This document shows, one piece after another, positions 18,598-28,455 of a stretch of DNA of 64,000 nucleotides. The stretch spans positions 53,434 through 117,433 of the forward strand of contig CAJJPX010000001.1 of NCBI GenBank assembly GCA_905193755.1. The letters are read 5' to 3'. The number at the start of each line of letters is the position of its first letter. Positions within the stretch are counted from its first letter, which is position 1. A program made the translations under genes and the position numbers. The DNA is from an uncultured Clostridium sp. (lineage in GTDB: Bacteria > Bacillota_I > Bacilli_A > RF39 > UBA660). The notes beneath the pieces were generated by a model. It saw only the letters and a program-made list of their open reading frames with translations. It was not told where the DNA came from and did not search any database.

Positions 18598-19713
18598 TTA
18601 TAAATTAAATCTCTTTTTTAATGCTAAAGTATTTTCTTTTATTTTAGGAGTTGCTATTTTACCTTCTACATATTCATCAAAATTTATACCTAAACCTTCT
18701 ATTTCTTGTCTTGGTGTAGCTTCTCCCCTAGACATAACAAAATTATAAAAGTCTTTCATAAACTCTTTATAATTTCCATCTGCTAATTTATGCATACAAA
18801 ACGCTGTATAATATCCAAGACCATATAATAATTCATCTCTTAATTCAACCTTCGTTCCACTATCTAATAGAACATTACCTTCCAAATCAATATTTGTAGT
18901 TTGTCCATCAGCTTTTTCTTTCATAAGACTATGTATAGGAAAGAAACTATCACTTATCTTAAGAGCTAAATCATTAATTTGTATTCTTGCTCCATCAACA
19001 TCAATTTTATTTCTAAGTAAATAATCATATAATCCTAGCTCAAAAAACGCAGATGGAACTTCCAAAAATGCATCATTAAATAATGGCATTCTTTTATTCT
19101 GAGGAAACATGAATAATTCAGTATCTAACGCATGTCCAAGTTCATGAGCTATAACACTTTGAGTATTCGTATCGAATTTTTGATAAGATGTTATTATATA
19201 TCCAGACTTAATTATAGAACTACTAATATATAACCCATCAAAACCATCAAGCTCTATTCCAGTCTGTATTCTACCTTCATCAAAATATCTTTTTACTATT
19301 CTATATTCTTTATTACCGAATGTTGAAAAATAGCCAAGTAAGATATCTTTAAATTCTTTCTCAGAATATCTTCTAAAACATGATGAGAATGGAACATCTA
19401 CACACTCCATTTTTTCTAACTCATCACAATAATTATCAAAAAGTGTATACCAAGTATATAAGTATTCATCTAAATAATCACAAAATCTATCACAATTTCT
19501 ATATGCTTTAGAATCTATAAATTTTTGTACTCTATCTGGTCTTAAAAATAAATTTTCATCTTCTACTTCTATACCAGTAATTGATTCATATAAGCCAGTC
19601 AAATCTAAAAAACTAGCATAATCTTCTCTTAATGAATCTTTAGATGGATTCCTCATATAATATTTTTTTAATTTTTTTAAATCTTCACATAAACGATTTC
19701 TATCTATTTTCAT
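18598..19713 (-). CDS. HEXXH zinc metallopeptidase-like protein (paralogue of 24515-25558)
   Basis: IAHELGHAL motif. The likely start is MKIDRNR after a GGGGGAA RBS, so the ORF-track N-terminal extension is rejected. Confidence 0.55.
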   Translation of the reverse strand: MKIDRNRLCEDLKKLKKYYMRNPSKDSLREDYASFLDLTGLYESITGIEVEDENLFLRPDRVQKFIDSKAYRNCDRFCDYLDEYLYTWYTLFDNYCDELEKMECVDVPFSSCFRRYSEKEFKDILLGYFSTFGNKEYRIVKRYFDEGRIQTGIELDGFDGLYISSSIIKSGYIITSYQKFDTNTQSVIAHELGHALDTELFMFPQNKRMPLFNDAFLEVPSAFFELGLYDYLLRNKIDVDGARIQINDLALKISDSFFPIHSLMKEKADGQTTNIDLEGNVLLDSGTKVELRDELLYGLGYYTAFCMHKLADGNYKEFMKDFYNFVMSRGEATPRQEIEGLGINFDEYVEGKIATPKIKENTLALKKRFNL

Positions 19714-19811
19714 AAGTTCCCCCAGTATCATATATATATACATCATATCATATAATTATTTTTTATACACAAAAAAAACCAAAGTTTTAAAATTTTCTTT
19801 GGTTTAATTAT

Positions 19812-21104
19812 TTATTTTTTAATTGGTATTAATATTTCTTTACCACCCATGTATGGTCTTAATGCTTCTGGTACATTTACACTACCATCTTCATTATAAT
19901 TATTTTCTAAGAATGCTATTAACATTCTAGGTGGAGCAATAACTGTATTATTAAGTGTATGAGCAAATTCTTTTTCTCCATTTTCCTTTTTGTATCTGAT
20001 TTGTAGTCTACGTGCTTGAGCATCAGTTAAATTTGAACAAGAACATACTTCAAAGTATTTTTGTTGTCTTGGACTCCATGCTTCTATATCACAAGATCTA
20101 TATTTTAAATCAGCTAAATCTCCAGAACAACAAACTAATTTTCTAACTGGAATATTAAGTGTTCTAAATAACTCTACTGAATAATTCCACATCTTATCAT
20201 ACCATTTTTCACTATCTTCAGGTTTACATACAACTATCATTTCCTGTTTCTCAAATTGATGTATTCTATATACTCCTCTTTCTTCAATTCCATGAGCTCC
20301 AACTTCTTTTCTAAAACATGGTGAATATGAAGTCATAGTAATTGGTAATTCACTTTCTTTTAAAATTTGGCCTTGGAATTTAGCAATCATAGAGTGTTCA
20401 CTAGTACCTATTAAATATAAGTCTTCACCCTCTATTTTATACATCATATTTTCTTTTTCTGCAAATGACATAACACCATCAACAGCAGTACTATGTATCA
20501 TATATGGTGGAATACAATAAGTAAATCCTTTATCAATCATAAAGTCACGAGCATAAGCAAGTACTGCAGAATGAAGTCTAGCTATATCTCCCATTAAATA
20601 ATAAAATCCATTTCCACTTACTCTACCAGCTGCATCCTTATCAAGTCCATTAAATGTAGCCATTATATCTGAATGATATGGAATCTCATAATTAGGAACA
20701 ATAGGTTCCCCAAATCTCTTCTCTTCAACATTCTTACTATCATCTTCACCAATAGGTACATCAGGAGCAATCATATTAGGAATAACCATCATATCAGTTC
20801 TAATTAAAGCTTCAAGTTCTTCTTCACGTTTTTCTAAATTTTCTATCTCTTTACTCATTTCATTAACTTTAACTTTAATTTCATTTGCTTCCTGAATTTT
20901 CTTATCACGCATTAATTCACCAATTGAAGCACTTAACTTATTCTTTTCACTTCTTAATAAATCACCTTTAGATTTACATTCTCTATATTCAATATCATAA
21001 TTATAAACATCATCTACTAACGATAGTTTCTCATCCTGAAATTTCTTTTTAATGTTTTCTTTTACTAATTCTCTATTTTCCCTAATTAGTTTAATATCTA
21101 TCAT
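19812..21104 (-). CDS. serS: Seryl-tRNA synthetase
   Basis: 430 aa with an N-terminal coiled-coil arm and class II motifs (FRKEVG...GLYRIHQFEK). Confidence 0.95.
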   Translation of the reverse strand: MIDIKLIRENRELVKENIKKKFQDEKLSLVDDVYNYDIEYRECKSKGDLLRSEKNKLSASIGELMRDKKIQEANEIKVKVNEMSKEIENLEKREEELEALIRTDMMVIPNMIAPDVPIGEDDSKNVEEKRFGEPIVPNYEIPYHSDIMATFNGLDKDAAGRVSGNGFYYLMGDIARLHSAVLAYARDFMIDKGFTYCIPPYMIHSTAVDGVMSFAEKENMMYKIEGEDLYLIGTSEHSMIAKFQGQILKESELPITMTSYSPCFRKEVGAHGIEERGVYRIHQFEKQEMIVVCKPEDSEKWYDKMWNYSVELFRTLNIPVRKLVCCSGDLADLKYRSCDIEAWSPRQQKYFEVCSCSNLTDAQARRLQIRYKKENGEKEFAHTLNNTVIAPPRMLIAFLENNYNEDGSVNVPEALRPYMGGKEILIPIKK

Positions 21105-21167
21105 AGTACACCTCTTTCATATTTAATATAATAACATTATTTTACAAAAATAAAAAGAGAAAAATTA

Positions 21168-23048
21168 TTAATTTTTCTCTAAAAAGTATGTAACACTTAT
21201 TTTATCATCTGATTTGAATTTTTTAATATTTATTTCATATCTATTACCTTTATTAATGATATAACTTTCATTTAAAGCATCAGTATAACCTTTTTTAATT
21301 TCATATGGAGTTCCTTTTCCATTGTTAGGCGTAACTTCTATAACTATATTTCTAGATTTATCTAAGTTTCTTGATATAGCAAGTACTCCTTTAGTAGTTA
21401 TCTTAGATTTTTCATTCATCTTCTTAGCTATATTTTTAAATATTTCAGAAATATTATTAGATGTAGCATCTTGATAACAAACTTTCTCATATAAATTTGT
21501 ATTATTAGAACAATTTTTATTTTTAGCACAATATAGACACATGTCTCCTGGATAATTAGAATCAGCACTTGTCGTAGCTATATTTTTCAATGCTGTTGAA
21601 GCACTAGTACCAGTTTCAAATCCTATAGTGAAAAATACACTCTTATTTTTTATACTTGAAGCTTGTGCCTTGTATTCTGAAGGCCTAGGAGTACCACTCC
21701 ACCACCAACTATAATTTGCATAATAATCTTCATCGCTATCTCCATCTGACAAGAATAATGCATAATTTGAATTTAATTTATTTTCATCAATCATGGTTTG
21801 TAACATAGTATCAGATTTTCTAAATGTATTAGTAAATGGTGTTCCACCATATGCAAACAATGCATCCATAACTTTATTAGTAAAAGTTGTATAATCAGAA
21901 TAATCTTTAGAACAAAAAGTATTGATACTACTATCAGAAACACTATTTGATGAAGGCATTATAACTATACATACTTTATTGTTAGTATTAGAGTCAGGTC
22001 CAACCATTATATTTATAAATTCTTTAGTAGCTTTTTTTAATTGATTCATTTTAGTTCCGCTCATACTACCAGAGTTATCTAGTGCCATTACTACATTAAC
22101 ACCAACTTCAGCTACTTCATTATATTGAACTGTTTTTTCTACAGCAATTTTATTTAATTTACCTGGGTCTGCTTCTAGTCCATCCATTGTATAAAGAACT
22201 TGACTATTAACTACTTCACCAGCATTACCAATTATTTCTACCTTAAATACTATTTCAACTTCTTGACCAGGTACTATTGTAAAAGTATATCCATTATCAC
22301 TAAATAAATCTTGAATTGCTTTTTTAGCTTCAGCTAAGCTTAAATTTCTATTACCAAACTTAACAGTTGAAGTTTCAGGTAACATCTTTATTATTTTATT
22401 TACTTGACTTACCATAGCTATTTCACGTGTATTAACAACTGAATCTTTCAAACCATTATTCTTAAGTTTTAAACTATATGTAATAGTATCTCCATATTGA
22501 GCAATACCATCAGCAATTATCTTACCATCACGTTCAATAACTGTATTAAAATACTCAATTTCAACATAGAAACTAGGTTTAACAAATACCCAAGGATCCA
22601 CATAACTACCTTGACCGCTAACTTCAGTTTGATGAACAATATATTCCGTTGGTCTAACACCAGCAACACTCGCATTTTTATCAAATAAGCTAAACTTACC
22701 ATTTTCTACAGCATAATATTTAGAATCTTTAGAAGTCAAAGTCCAATAACTTCTAGGAGTCTTTAAATAAGATTGATTCTTATTAATAGAAATATTATAT
22801 TCGCTTTGATTAATAAGTCCTCCATAATCAAAACCACTTACAGTACTAAAATTTTTACCATCATATCCATATTTCTTCTTAGTATTTAAATCAATATACC
22901 ACCTATAATTTTTAAAATCAGTTATATAAGTATTTGCTCCCCACTTAGCATCATCAAAAACAACCCTAACACTTGCACTCACAAAAAAAGGAATTATAAA
23001 TAAAAATAAACTCAAAATAATTCTATAAGCACGTTTCATTTTTATCAC
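21168..23048 (-). CDS. Secreted von Willebrand factor A (vWA) domain protein
   Basis: Signal peptide, MIDAS motif VVMALDNSGSMSG, 626 aa. Confidence 0.7.
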   Translation of the reverse strand: MIKMKRAYRIILSLFLFIIPFFVSASVRVVFDDAKWGANTYITDFKNYRWYIDLNTKKKYGYDGKNFSTVSGFDYGGLINQSEYNISINKNQSYLKTPRSYWTLTSKDSKYYAVENGKFSLFDKNASVAGVRPTEYIVHQTEVSGQGSYVDPWVFVKPSFYVEIEYFNTVIERDGKIIADGIAQYGDTITYSLKLKNNGLKDSVVNTREIAMVSQVNKIIKMLPETSTVKFGNRNLSLAEAKKAIQDLFSDNGYTFTIVPGQEVEIVFKVEIIGNAGEVVNSQVLYTMDGLEADPGKLNKIAVEKTVQYNEVAEVGVNVVMALDNSGSMSGTKMNQLKKATKEFINIMVGPDSNTNNKVCIVIMPSSNSVSDSSINTFCSKDYSDYTTFTNKVMDALFAYGGTPFTNTFRKSDTMLQTMIDENKLNSNYALFLSDGDSDEDYYANYSWWWSGTPRPSEYKAQASSIKNKSVFFTIGFETGTSASTALKNIATTSADSNYPGDMCLYCAKNKNCSNNTNLYEKVCYQDATSNNISEIFKNIAKKMNEKSKITTKGVLAISRNLDKSRNIVIEVTPNNGKGTPYEIKKGYTDALNESYIINKGNRYEINIKKFKSDDKISVTYFLEKN

Positions 23049-23100
23049 CCACTCTTACTATTCTAAAGATATTATATCATATAAAAAAAACAATTCAAGT

Positions 23101-23128
23101 AAAAAAAGAGGTTTCCCTCTTTTAAAAA
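23101..23128. terminator. Bidirectional intrinsic terminator
   Basis: AAAGAGG-TTTC-CCTCTTT hairpin flanked by an A-run and a T-run. Confidence 0.6.
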
Positions 23129-23129
23129 A

Positions 23130-23225
23130 TTACCATCCTGTGCAAGTACCAAATATAATAGCTAAAAGGATGAATAAAATTAAAATTATAAAGAATATAT
23201 TAGATTGATTATTACAACAACCCAT
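23130..23225 (-). CDS. YjcZ-like small Cys-rich sporulation peptide (31 aa), missed by the ORF track
   Basis: GGAGGTG RBS. It encodes MGCCNNQSNIFFIILILFILLAIIFGTCTGW: a Cys-rich N-terminus plus a hydrophobic tail as in the Bacillus YjcZ family. Confidence 0.55.
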   Translation of the reverse strand: MGCCNNQSNIFFIILILFILLAIIFGTCTGW

Positions 23226-23243
23226 TCTGTTCACCTCCTTATA

Positions 23244-23354
23244 CTAGATAAAAGCACCTAATATGATTACTAATAGAATAAATAATACTAAAGCAAATGC
23301 TGCTCCTGAAATTCCGTTTCCTCTACCACATCCACATCCGCATCCTGTATTCAT
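23244..23354 (-). CDS. YjcZ-like small Cys/Gly-rich sporulation peptide (36 aa), missed by the ORF track
   Basis: AAAGGAGG RBS. It encodes MNTGCGCGCGRGNGISGAAFALVLFILLVIILGAFI. Confidence 0.6.
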   Translation of the reverse strand: MNTGCGCGCGRGNGISGAAFALVLFILLVIILGAFI

Positions 23355-23483
23355 AAAACATTCCTCCTTTTTTATCTTTACACTCTTATAGTATGTTATT
23401 TCCTAGTTTTTGTGTATGTTAATTACTTGTATTTTATAAATGTTTTTGCTATCATAATAAGAGTTAGGAGGATATTGAAAAAA

Positions 23484-24476
23484 ATGAAGAAAAAAACATT
23501 TTTAGTACTTGCTTGTGTATTCCTACTTGCTGGTTGTAATAGTGTAAAACTAACAAATGGTGAAAATGCAGTCGTAACATTTAATGAAGGAGGAATTAGT
23601 TCAGAAGAATTATATCAAAGCTTAAAAGAATCTTATGGAGCAGAAAAACTAATGAATTTAATAGATACTAAATTATTAAATGAAAAATATGAAACTGATG
23701 CTTCAGAAAAAGCGTACGTTAATCAAGCCGTTAAATCAACAAAAGAAGCCGCTAAAAAACTAAATGCTGACTTTGATTTATATTTACAATATTATTATGG
23801 AATAAAAAGTGAATCTGAATTTAGAGATTACTTATCATTAAATTATAAAAGAGATTTATGGACACAAGATTATGCTGAAGAAGAAGTAACTGAAAAACAA
23901 ATTCAACAATATTATGAAAAAGAAGTTGTTGGTGATATTGAAGCAAGTCATATTCTTATTACAGTAGATACTAAAGAAGATGCAACTGAAGAAGAAAAGA
24001 AAGAAGCTGAACAAAAGGCATATGACAAAGCTAAAAAAGTTATTGAAAAGCTAAAAAAAGGAGAAGACTTCTCTACGTTAGCTAAAGAATATTCTAAAGA
24101 TTCAACTACTGCTGATAAAGGTGGTTCTCTTGGTAAAATAAATACTGGAGACTATGCGGATGAAGTATTTGAAGCATTAAAGAATCTAAAAGACGGTAGT
24201 TACTCTACTTCACCAGTTAAATCAAGTTATGGATATCATATCGTATACAGAACTAGTCAAGACGAAAAAGCAGAACTTAATGATGAATTAACAAAAGAAA
24301 TCAGAACAACAATCGGAAAAGAAAAAGCTAGTGAATCTGGTTACTCAGTAAAAGCATTAAAAGCTCTAAGAGAAAAAAATGGTATGAAATTTGAAGATAC
24401 AGAACTTGAAAAAGCATTCGACAAACTAATTCTACAATATGAAAATCAAGCTAAATCAAGTAATTCAAGTAACTAA
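23484..24476 (+). CDS. prsA: Foldase lipoprotein PrsA (parvulin-type PPIase)
   Basis: Lipobox LLAGC after MKKKTFLVLACVF, and a parvulin domain (HILI...GGSLG...SPVKSSYGYHIV). The start is at 23484 after AGGAGG. Confidence 0.85.
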   Translation: MKKKTFLVLACVFLLAGCNSVKLTNGENAVVTFNEGGISSEELYQSLKESYGAEKLMNLIDTKLLNEKYETDASEKAYVNQAVKSTKEAAKKLNADFDLYLQYYYGIKSESEFRDYLSLNYKRDLWTQDYAEEEVTEKQIQQYYEKEVVGDIEASHILITVDTKEDATEEEKKEAEQKAYDKAKKVIEKLKKGEDFSTLAKEYSKDSTTADKGGSLGKINTGDYADEVFEALKNLKDGSYSTSPVKSSYGYHIVYRTSQDEKAELNDELTKEIRTTIGKEKASESGYSVKALKALREKNGMKFEDTELEKAFDKLILQYENQAKSSNSSN

Positions 24477-24485
24477 AATAAAATA

Positions 24486-24518
24486 AACATTGTCAAACTC
24501 AAGACAATGTTTTTTTAT
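24486..24518. terminator. Bidirectional intrinsic terminator
   Basis: AACATTGTC-loop-GACAATGTT hairpin followed by TTTTTTT, between two convergent genes. Confidence 0.7.
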
Positions 24519-25558
24519 TTTCTATAAAGTTTTATATAACTATTCAATACACTATTAGTACCACTAACCATATCATCTAACTTAAAACGTTTAAGCTTTT
24601 CTTCATCACTAGCATATTTATACATTTCAAAAAAAGTATTAATCTCTTTTATAAATTGTTTTCTATTATTTCTATATAAATCAACTAAATACATCGCAAG
24701 CATATTAGAAAGAACTAACTTAACAGCATATGTATCAGCAACCATTGAATCAAATAAATATAATTTTCCATCCCTAAGAGTCATATTCTCAAATAATAAT
24801 ACTATAGAATGAACATACTCAGTTATAGCTAAAAAAGAATCAAGCTTAGCATATTCTGCTTTAAAAGCACTTTTATGATACATAGTATCCTTTAAATAAT
24901 CATAAAATATCATTTCTAAAAATATAGAATACGCTTCAGAAAATAATGAACCATTCTTTGCTATAAAAGTATAAATATTATTAGAACCTTGATGTAAAAA
25001 AGAATGTCCTAGTTCATGAGGTATAATAGAAGACTTACCAATCTTATTATTAAATCTTGAGAAAATAAAAGACTCATCAGTACTCAATAAATGAATATCA
25101 AGTCCAAGAGAATCAACAGATAAATTATATTTTTTAGGATTCATTTCTATTCTCTCTTCACGCTTTAGTAGTTCATATATTTCTAATAATCTTATATCGT
25201 ACCCCTTCAAAAAATCTATTAATAATTTATCATACTCTTCATCAGATATATATTTATCTAAAGTTAATTTCCAAGGAAGTCTAGTGCCATTAGAATAACC
25301 ATATAATGATTTGTATATTTTTTTTGCGTTCTTGTTAAAGAAGTTCATTAATTTTTTATTTGACTCATTCATAATATCTGGAAATAATACATTTATGCTA
25401 TCTACTTCATAATTGGTTCCCTCAGTATAATTAAGCATCAATTTTAAAAGTCTTATATCACGAGAAAGTTCTAACTTTTTAACTTCATTAGCAGTACTAT
25501 TCATTAATTCTTCCAATCTTTTAATTCTACTATGTAAGTCACTATTATTAATACGCAT
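24515..25558 (-). CDS. HEXXH zinc metallopeptidase-like protein (paralogue of 18598-19713)
   Basis: IIPHELGHSF motif with a similar context (SSxI.HELGH) to the other paralogue. Confidence 0.55.
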   Translation of the reverse strand: MRINNSDLHSRIKRLEELMNSTANEVKKLELSRDIRLLKLMLNYTEGTNYEVDSINVLFPDIMNESNKKLMNFFNKNAKKIYKSLYGYSNGTRLPWKLTLDKYISDEEYDKLLIDFLKGYDIRLLEIYELLKREERIEMNPKKYNLSVDSLGLDIHLLSTDESFIFSRFNNKIGKSSIIPHELGHSFLHQGSNNIYTFIAKNGSLFSEAYSIFLEMIFYDYLKDTMYHKSAFKAEYAKLDSFLAITEYVHSIVLLFENMTLRDGKLYLFDSMVADTYAVKLVLSNMLAMYLVDLYRNNRKQFIKEINTFFEMYKYASDEEKLKRFKLDDMVSGTNSVLNSYIKLYRK

Positions 25559-25612
25559 AACTTCCTCCTTAATGACGCATATTATATCAAAAAAATAGTA
25601 CTTTTAAAAGTA

Positions 25613-26350
25613 CTACCTAAAATTACTATTTATTTCATCATAACTATAACCTTTTCTAAGTAAAGATGAAATTATTTTATTTTTATCACCCTTGAATTTC
25701 TTATTAGCTTTTTCAAAGTCTTTACTTAAAGCATCACTAGAATACTCTATATTAGAAAGTAATTCATCTATCATATATTTATCATACCCAAGATTATATA
25801 AATCATTTTTCATCTTAGTTATAAACATATAGTAACTCTTACTCTTCATAATGGATTTCTTCTTATTTATTAATTTTTCTAGTTTGCTCTTCCATACACT
25901 TTCATCTATCAAAGACAAGTATTCATCTACCACTTCTTCATCAATATCAGCATCAATTAATTGTTTACGTATCTTAAATGGTCCATCATTACTAAGAAGT
26001 ATCTTATCATTAACAAATGCTTCAGTGTATCTCTTATCATCAAGTAAATTCAATTTATCAAGTTTTTCTAATGCATAATCTATATACTTACTACTAAATT
26101 CCTTTTTCTTTAAATATTCTACTATTTCTTTTCTATTTCTAAGTTTTACTTCTATATAATTAAGAGATATATTATAAGCATCATAATAACTATTTTCATC
26201 TATTAATTTATCTATATCTTCTATACTTATATCTTTCTTTAATAATAAATCATACTTTAAAATAATATCTTCATAAAGAATTAATTCTGTTGTATCTAAA
26301 AATATCTTATATTTATTCTTACCAACTTTTTTAAATTTATTAATATGCAT
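25613..26350 (-). CDS. recX: RecA regulator RecX
   Basis: 245 aa. The repeat architecture is helical, and the N-terminal pattern (YKIFLD...LILYEDIILKY) is RecX-like. Confidence 0.7.
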   Translation of the reverse strand: MHINKFKKVGKNKYKIFLDTTELILYEDIILKYDLLLKKDISIEDIDKLIDENSYYDAYNISLNYIEVKLRNRKEIVEYLKKKEFSSKYIDYALEKLDKLNLLDDKRYTEAFVNDKILLSNDGPFKIRKQLIDADIDEEVVDEYLSLIDESVWKSKLEKLINKKKSIMKSKSYYMFITKMKNDLYNLGYDKYMIDELLSNIEYSSDALSKDFEKANKKFKGDKNKIISSLLRKGYSYDEINSNFR

Positions 26351-26380
26351 CTAAATCACCAAAATTATTCTAACATAAAA

Positions 26381-26405
26381 AAATAGTTTCGCATAGAAAC
26401 TATTT
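26381..26405 (-). terminator. Intrinsic terminator after the CofE-like gene
   Basis: AAATAGTTTC-GCATA-GAAACTATTT hairpin. The minus-strand T-run comes from the preceding A-run. Confidence 0.55.
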
Positions 26406-26412
26406 ATATATT

Positions 26413-27606
26413 TTATTCATTACTGTAGTTAGTAAAATATCTTTGAATTAGTATTACTGGAGTACCCTTATCTCCACTTCCACTTGTTAAATCACATAAA
26501 CTACCTAATAAATCTGTATAACGTCTTGGTGTAGTACCTTGTGTAGCCATTGAACCTTTAAGTTTAGAATCTTTAGTTCTAATTTCTTCTATCATTGCTT
26601 TCTTTAGTTCTTCACCATTTAAATCTTTAAATTTATTCTCACTAAAATATTTAAGTTTGATTTCATTTGGACTTCCCTCTAATCCACTAGTATAAGCAGG
26701 ACTTACTACTGGGTCTGCTAGTTCCCAAATCTTACCAACTGGATCTCTAAAAGCTCCATCTCCATAAACCATAACTTCTACTGTTTTACCAGTTTTCTCT
26801 TTTATTAATTCTTGTACTTTATTTACAAGAGTGTCCCCAGTTCTTGGAAATAACTTAACTCTTTCTTCAGTAGAACGGTTACTACCTAAAAGTCCATATG
26901 GAGAATATCCACTAGAATTAACACTATGATTTAATATTTCACTTAATGTAAGTACATGAGCTTCATTATCAGACTTTTCTATTCTAGCCTTAGTTTCAAT
27001 CCTAGAATGTATATCACATGCAATAACATCTTTAGTATATTTCAAAATATCTTCTGGCTTATTTGAGAAAACCATTTCAAACTCTGAGCCTTCTTTTAAT
27101 ACTAAATCACGATACACTTCATACATATTAACACCAGTAAATAGATGCTTAAAATGACCAAATTTCTCTTTATATTCATTTTCAGTTATTAAATCTGATG
27201 ATGGATTAACATTATATTTAATTAAATCCTCTCTATATAAAATATCATTTCCTACTTCATCAGATGGATAACTAGATAATAAAGTAATTTTCTTAGTACT
27301 ACGAGCAAAAGCACTTAACAATACAGCAAATCTATTTCTACTTAATATTGGAAATACAAGTCCTAAATGTTCACTATTATTAAATTTCTTCTTAACATCA
27401 GTAGCTATTTGATCAAGAGTAGCAAAATTACCTTCACTAATTCCTACGACTGCTTCAGTAATTCCAATAACATCTTTGTCTTCTAGTTCAAAGTTTTCAC
27501 TCTTACTTGCTTTAAGAACAGAATCAACTACTATACTAGCTAAATCATCACCTTCTTTTATGATAGGTGTTCTAATTCCTCTAACTACTGTTCCTACATC
27601 TCTCAT
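26413..27606 (-). CDS. F420-0:gamma-glutamyl ligase (CofE) family-like protein
   Basis: The N-terminus VVRGIRTPIIKEGDDLASIVVDS...DKDVIGITEAVVGISEG matches the CofE-family pattern (GDDL...KivSKaEG). Confidence 0.5.
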   Translation of the reverse strand: MRDVGTVVRGIRTPIIKEGDDLASIVVDSVLKASKSENFELEDKDVIGITEAVVGISEGNFATLDQIATDVKKKFNNSEHLGLVFPILSRNRFAVLLSAFARSTKKITLLSSYPSDEVGNDILYREDLIKYNVNPSSDLITENEYKEKFGHFKHLFTGVNMYEVYRDLVLKEGSEFEMVFSNKPEDILKYTKDVIACDIHSRIETKARIEKSDNEAHVLTLSEILNHSVNSSGYSPYGLLGSNRSTEERVKLFPRTGDTLVNKVQELIKEKTGKTVEVMVYGDGAFRDPVGKIWELADPVVSPAYTSGLEGSPNEIKLKYFSENKFKDLNGEELKKAMIEEIRTKDSKLKGSMATQGTTPRRYTDLLGSLCDLTSGSGDKGTPVILIQRYFTNYSNE

Positions 27607-27697
27607 AAATCACTCTCCTACTTTATAATCATATCATAGTTTCTAGTATTTTATATTCAAATTACACTTTCTTTACAAAACAAAAAGCACATAAGTG

Positions 27698-28315
27698 CTA
27701 TTTAAGAAATTTATATTTACCAATTATAGGTAAATCCTTAGACTTACCATTGCTTGTCCTATATAAACCAACTATAGTAATTACAATAGCAAGGCAATAT
27801 AATACGTATGTTATAAAGCTAACCCATCCAGGAGTTTCTTCACTCATCAAATATTTCTTAGTAAATAAAGTATATAAAACTCTAGAAATAACTATAGCAA
27901 ATATCCATAAAAGTGTTAAATTAGTACCCTCTTTAATATGATATTGCATATATTTAGATTTAGCATCTAATTTTTTAAAGAATTTAAAATATAATGCTAC
28001 AAGAGGTATATAACAAAGAGTCGCAAAATTCTTATATTGTTTTACTTCATTAGTACCAAAATAACTTGTATAATCAGTTGTATTTATTAATTTATTGACA
28101 GTGTTAATGGTTTTATCACTAAAATCATCTTGTGGTTTAGTAGTAGTGTCATCATTTAAAACACCTTTGCTTTCAGCAATATCATTAGAAAACTCTATCA
28201 TTTCCATAGAATTATTATTTGCTTGTGTATTATTTACAGGTGCTGTTTGATTAGTAGCCTGCATTGTTGGTTCATTTGTTTGTGGAGTTTGATTAGTATT
28301 TTGATTAGTATTCAT
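27698..28315 (-). CDS. Membrane protein with an N/Q/T-rich low-complexity N-terminus
   Basis: 205 aa with 3-4 predicted TM helices in the C-terminal half. Confidence 0.5.
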   Translation of the reverse strand: MNTNQNTNQTPQTNEPTMQATNQTAPVNNTQANNNSMEMIEFSNDIAESKGVLNDDTTTKPQDDFSDKTINTVNKLINTTDYTSYFGTNEVKQYKNFATLCYIPLVALYFKFFKKLDAKSKYMQYHIKEGTNLTLLWIFAIVISRVLYTLFTKKYLMSEETPGWVSFITYVLYCLAIVITIVGLYRTSNGKSKDLPIIGKYKFLK

Positions 28316-28455
28316 ATTAATTACCTTCCATTCTTATTAGATTATATCATATTTTTATAAAGAAAATAAATAATTATTTAACTATTATCAAGAACAAGTT
28401 TCTTGTAAATATATAATGAGTGATGTACAATATTATTTAAAGTGAGTGTGGTTAC

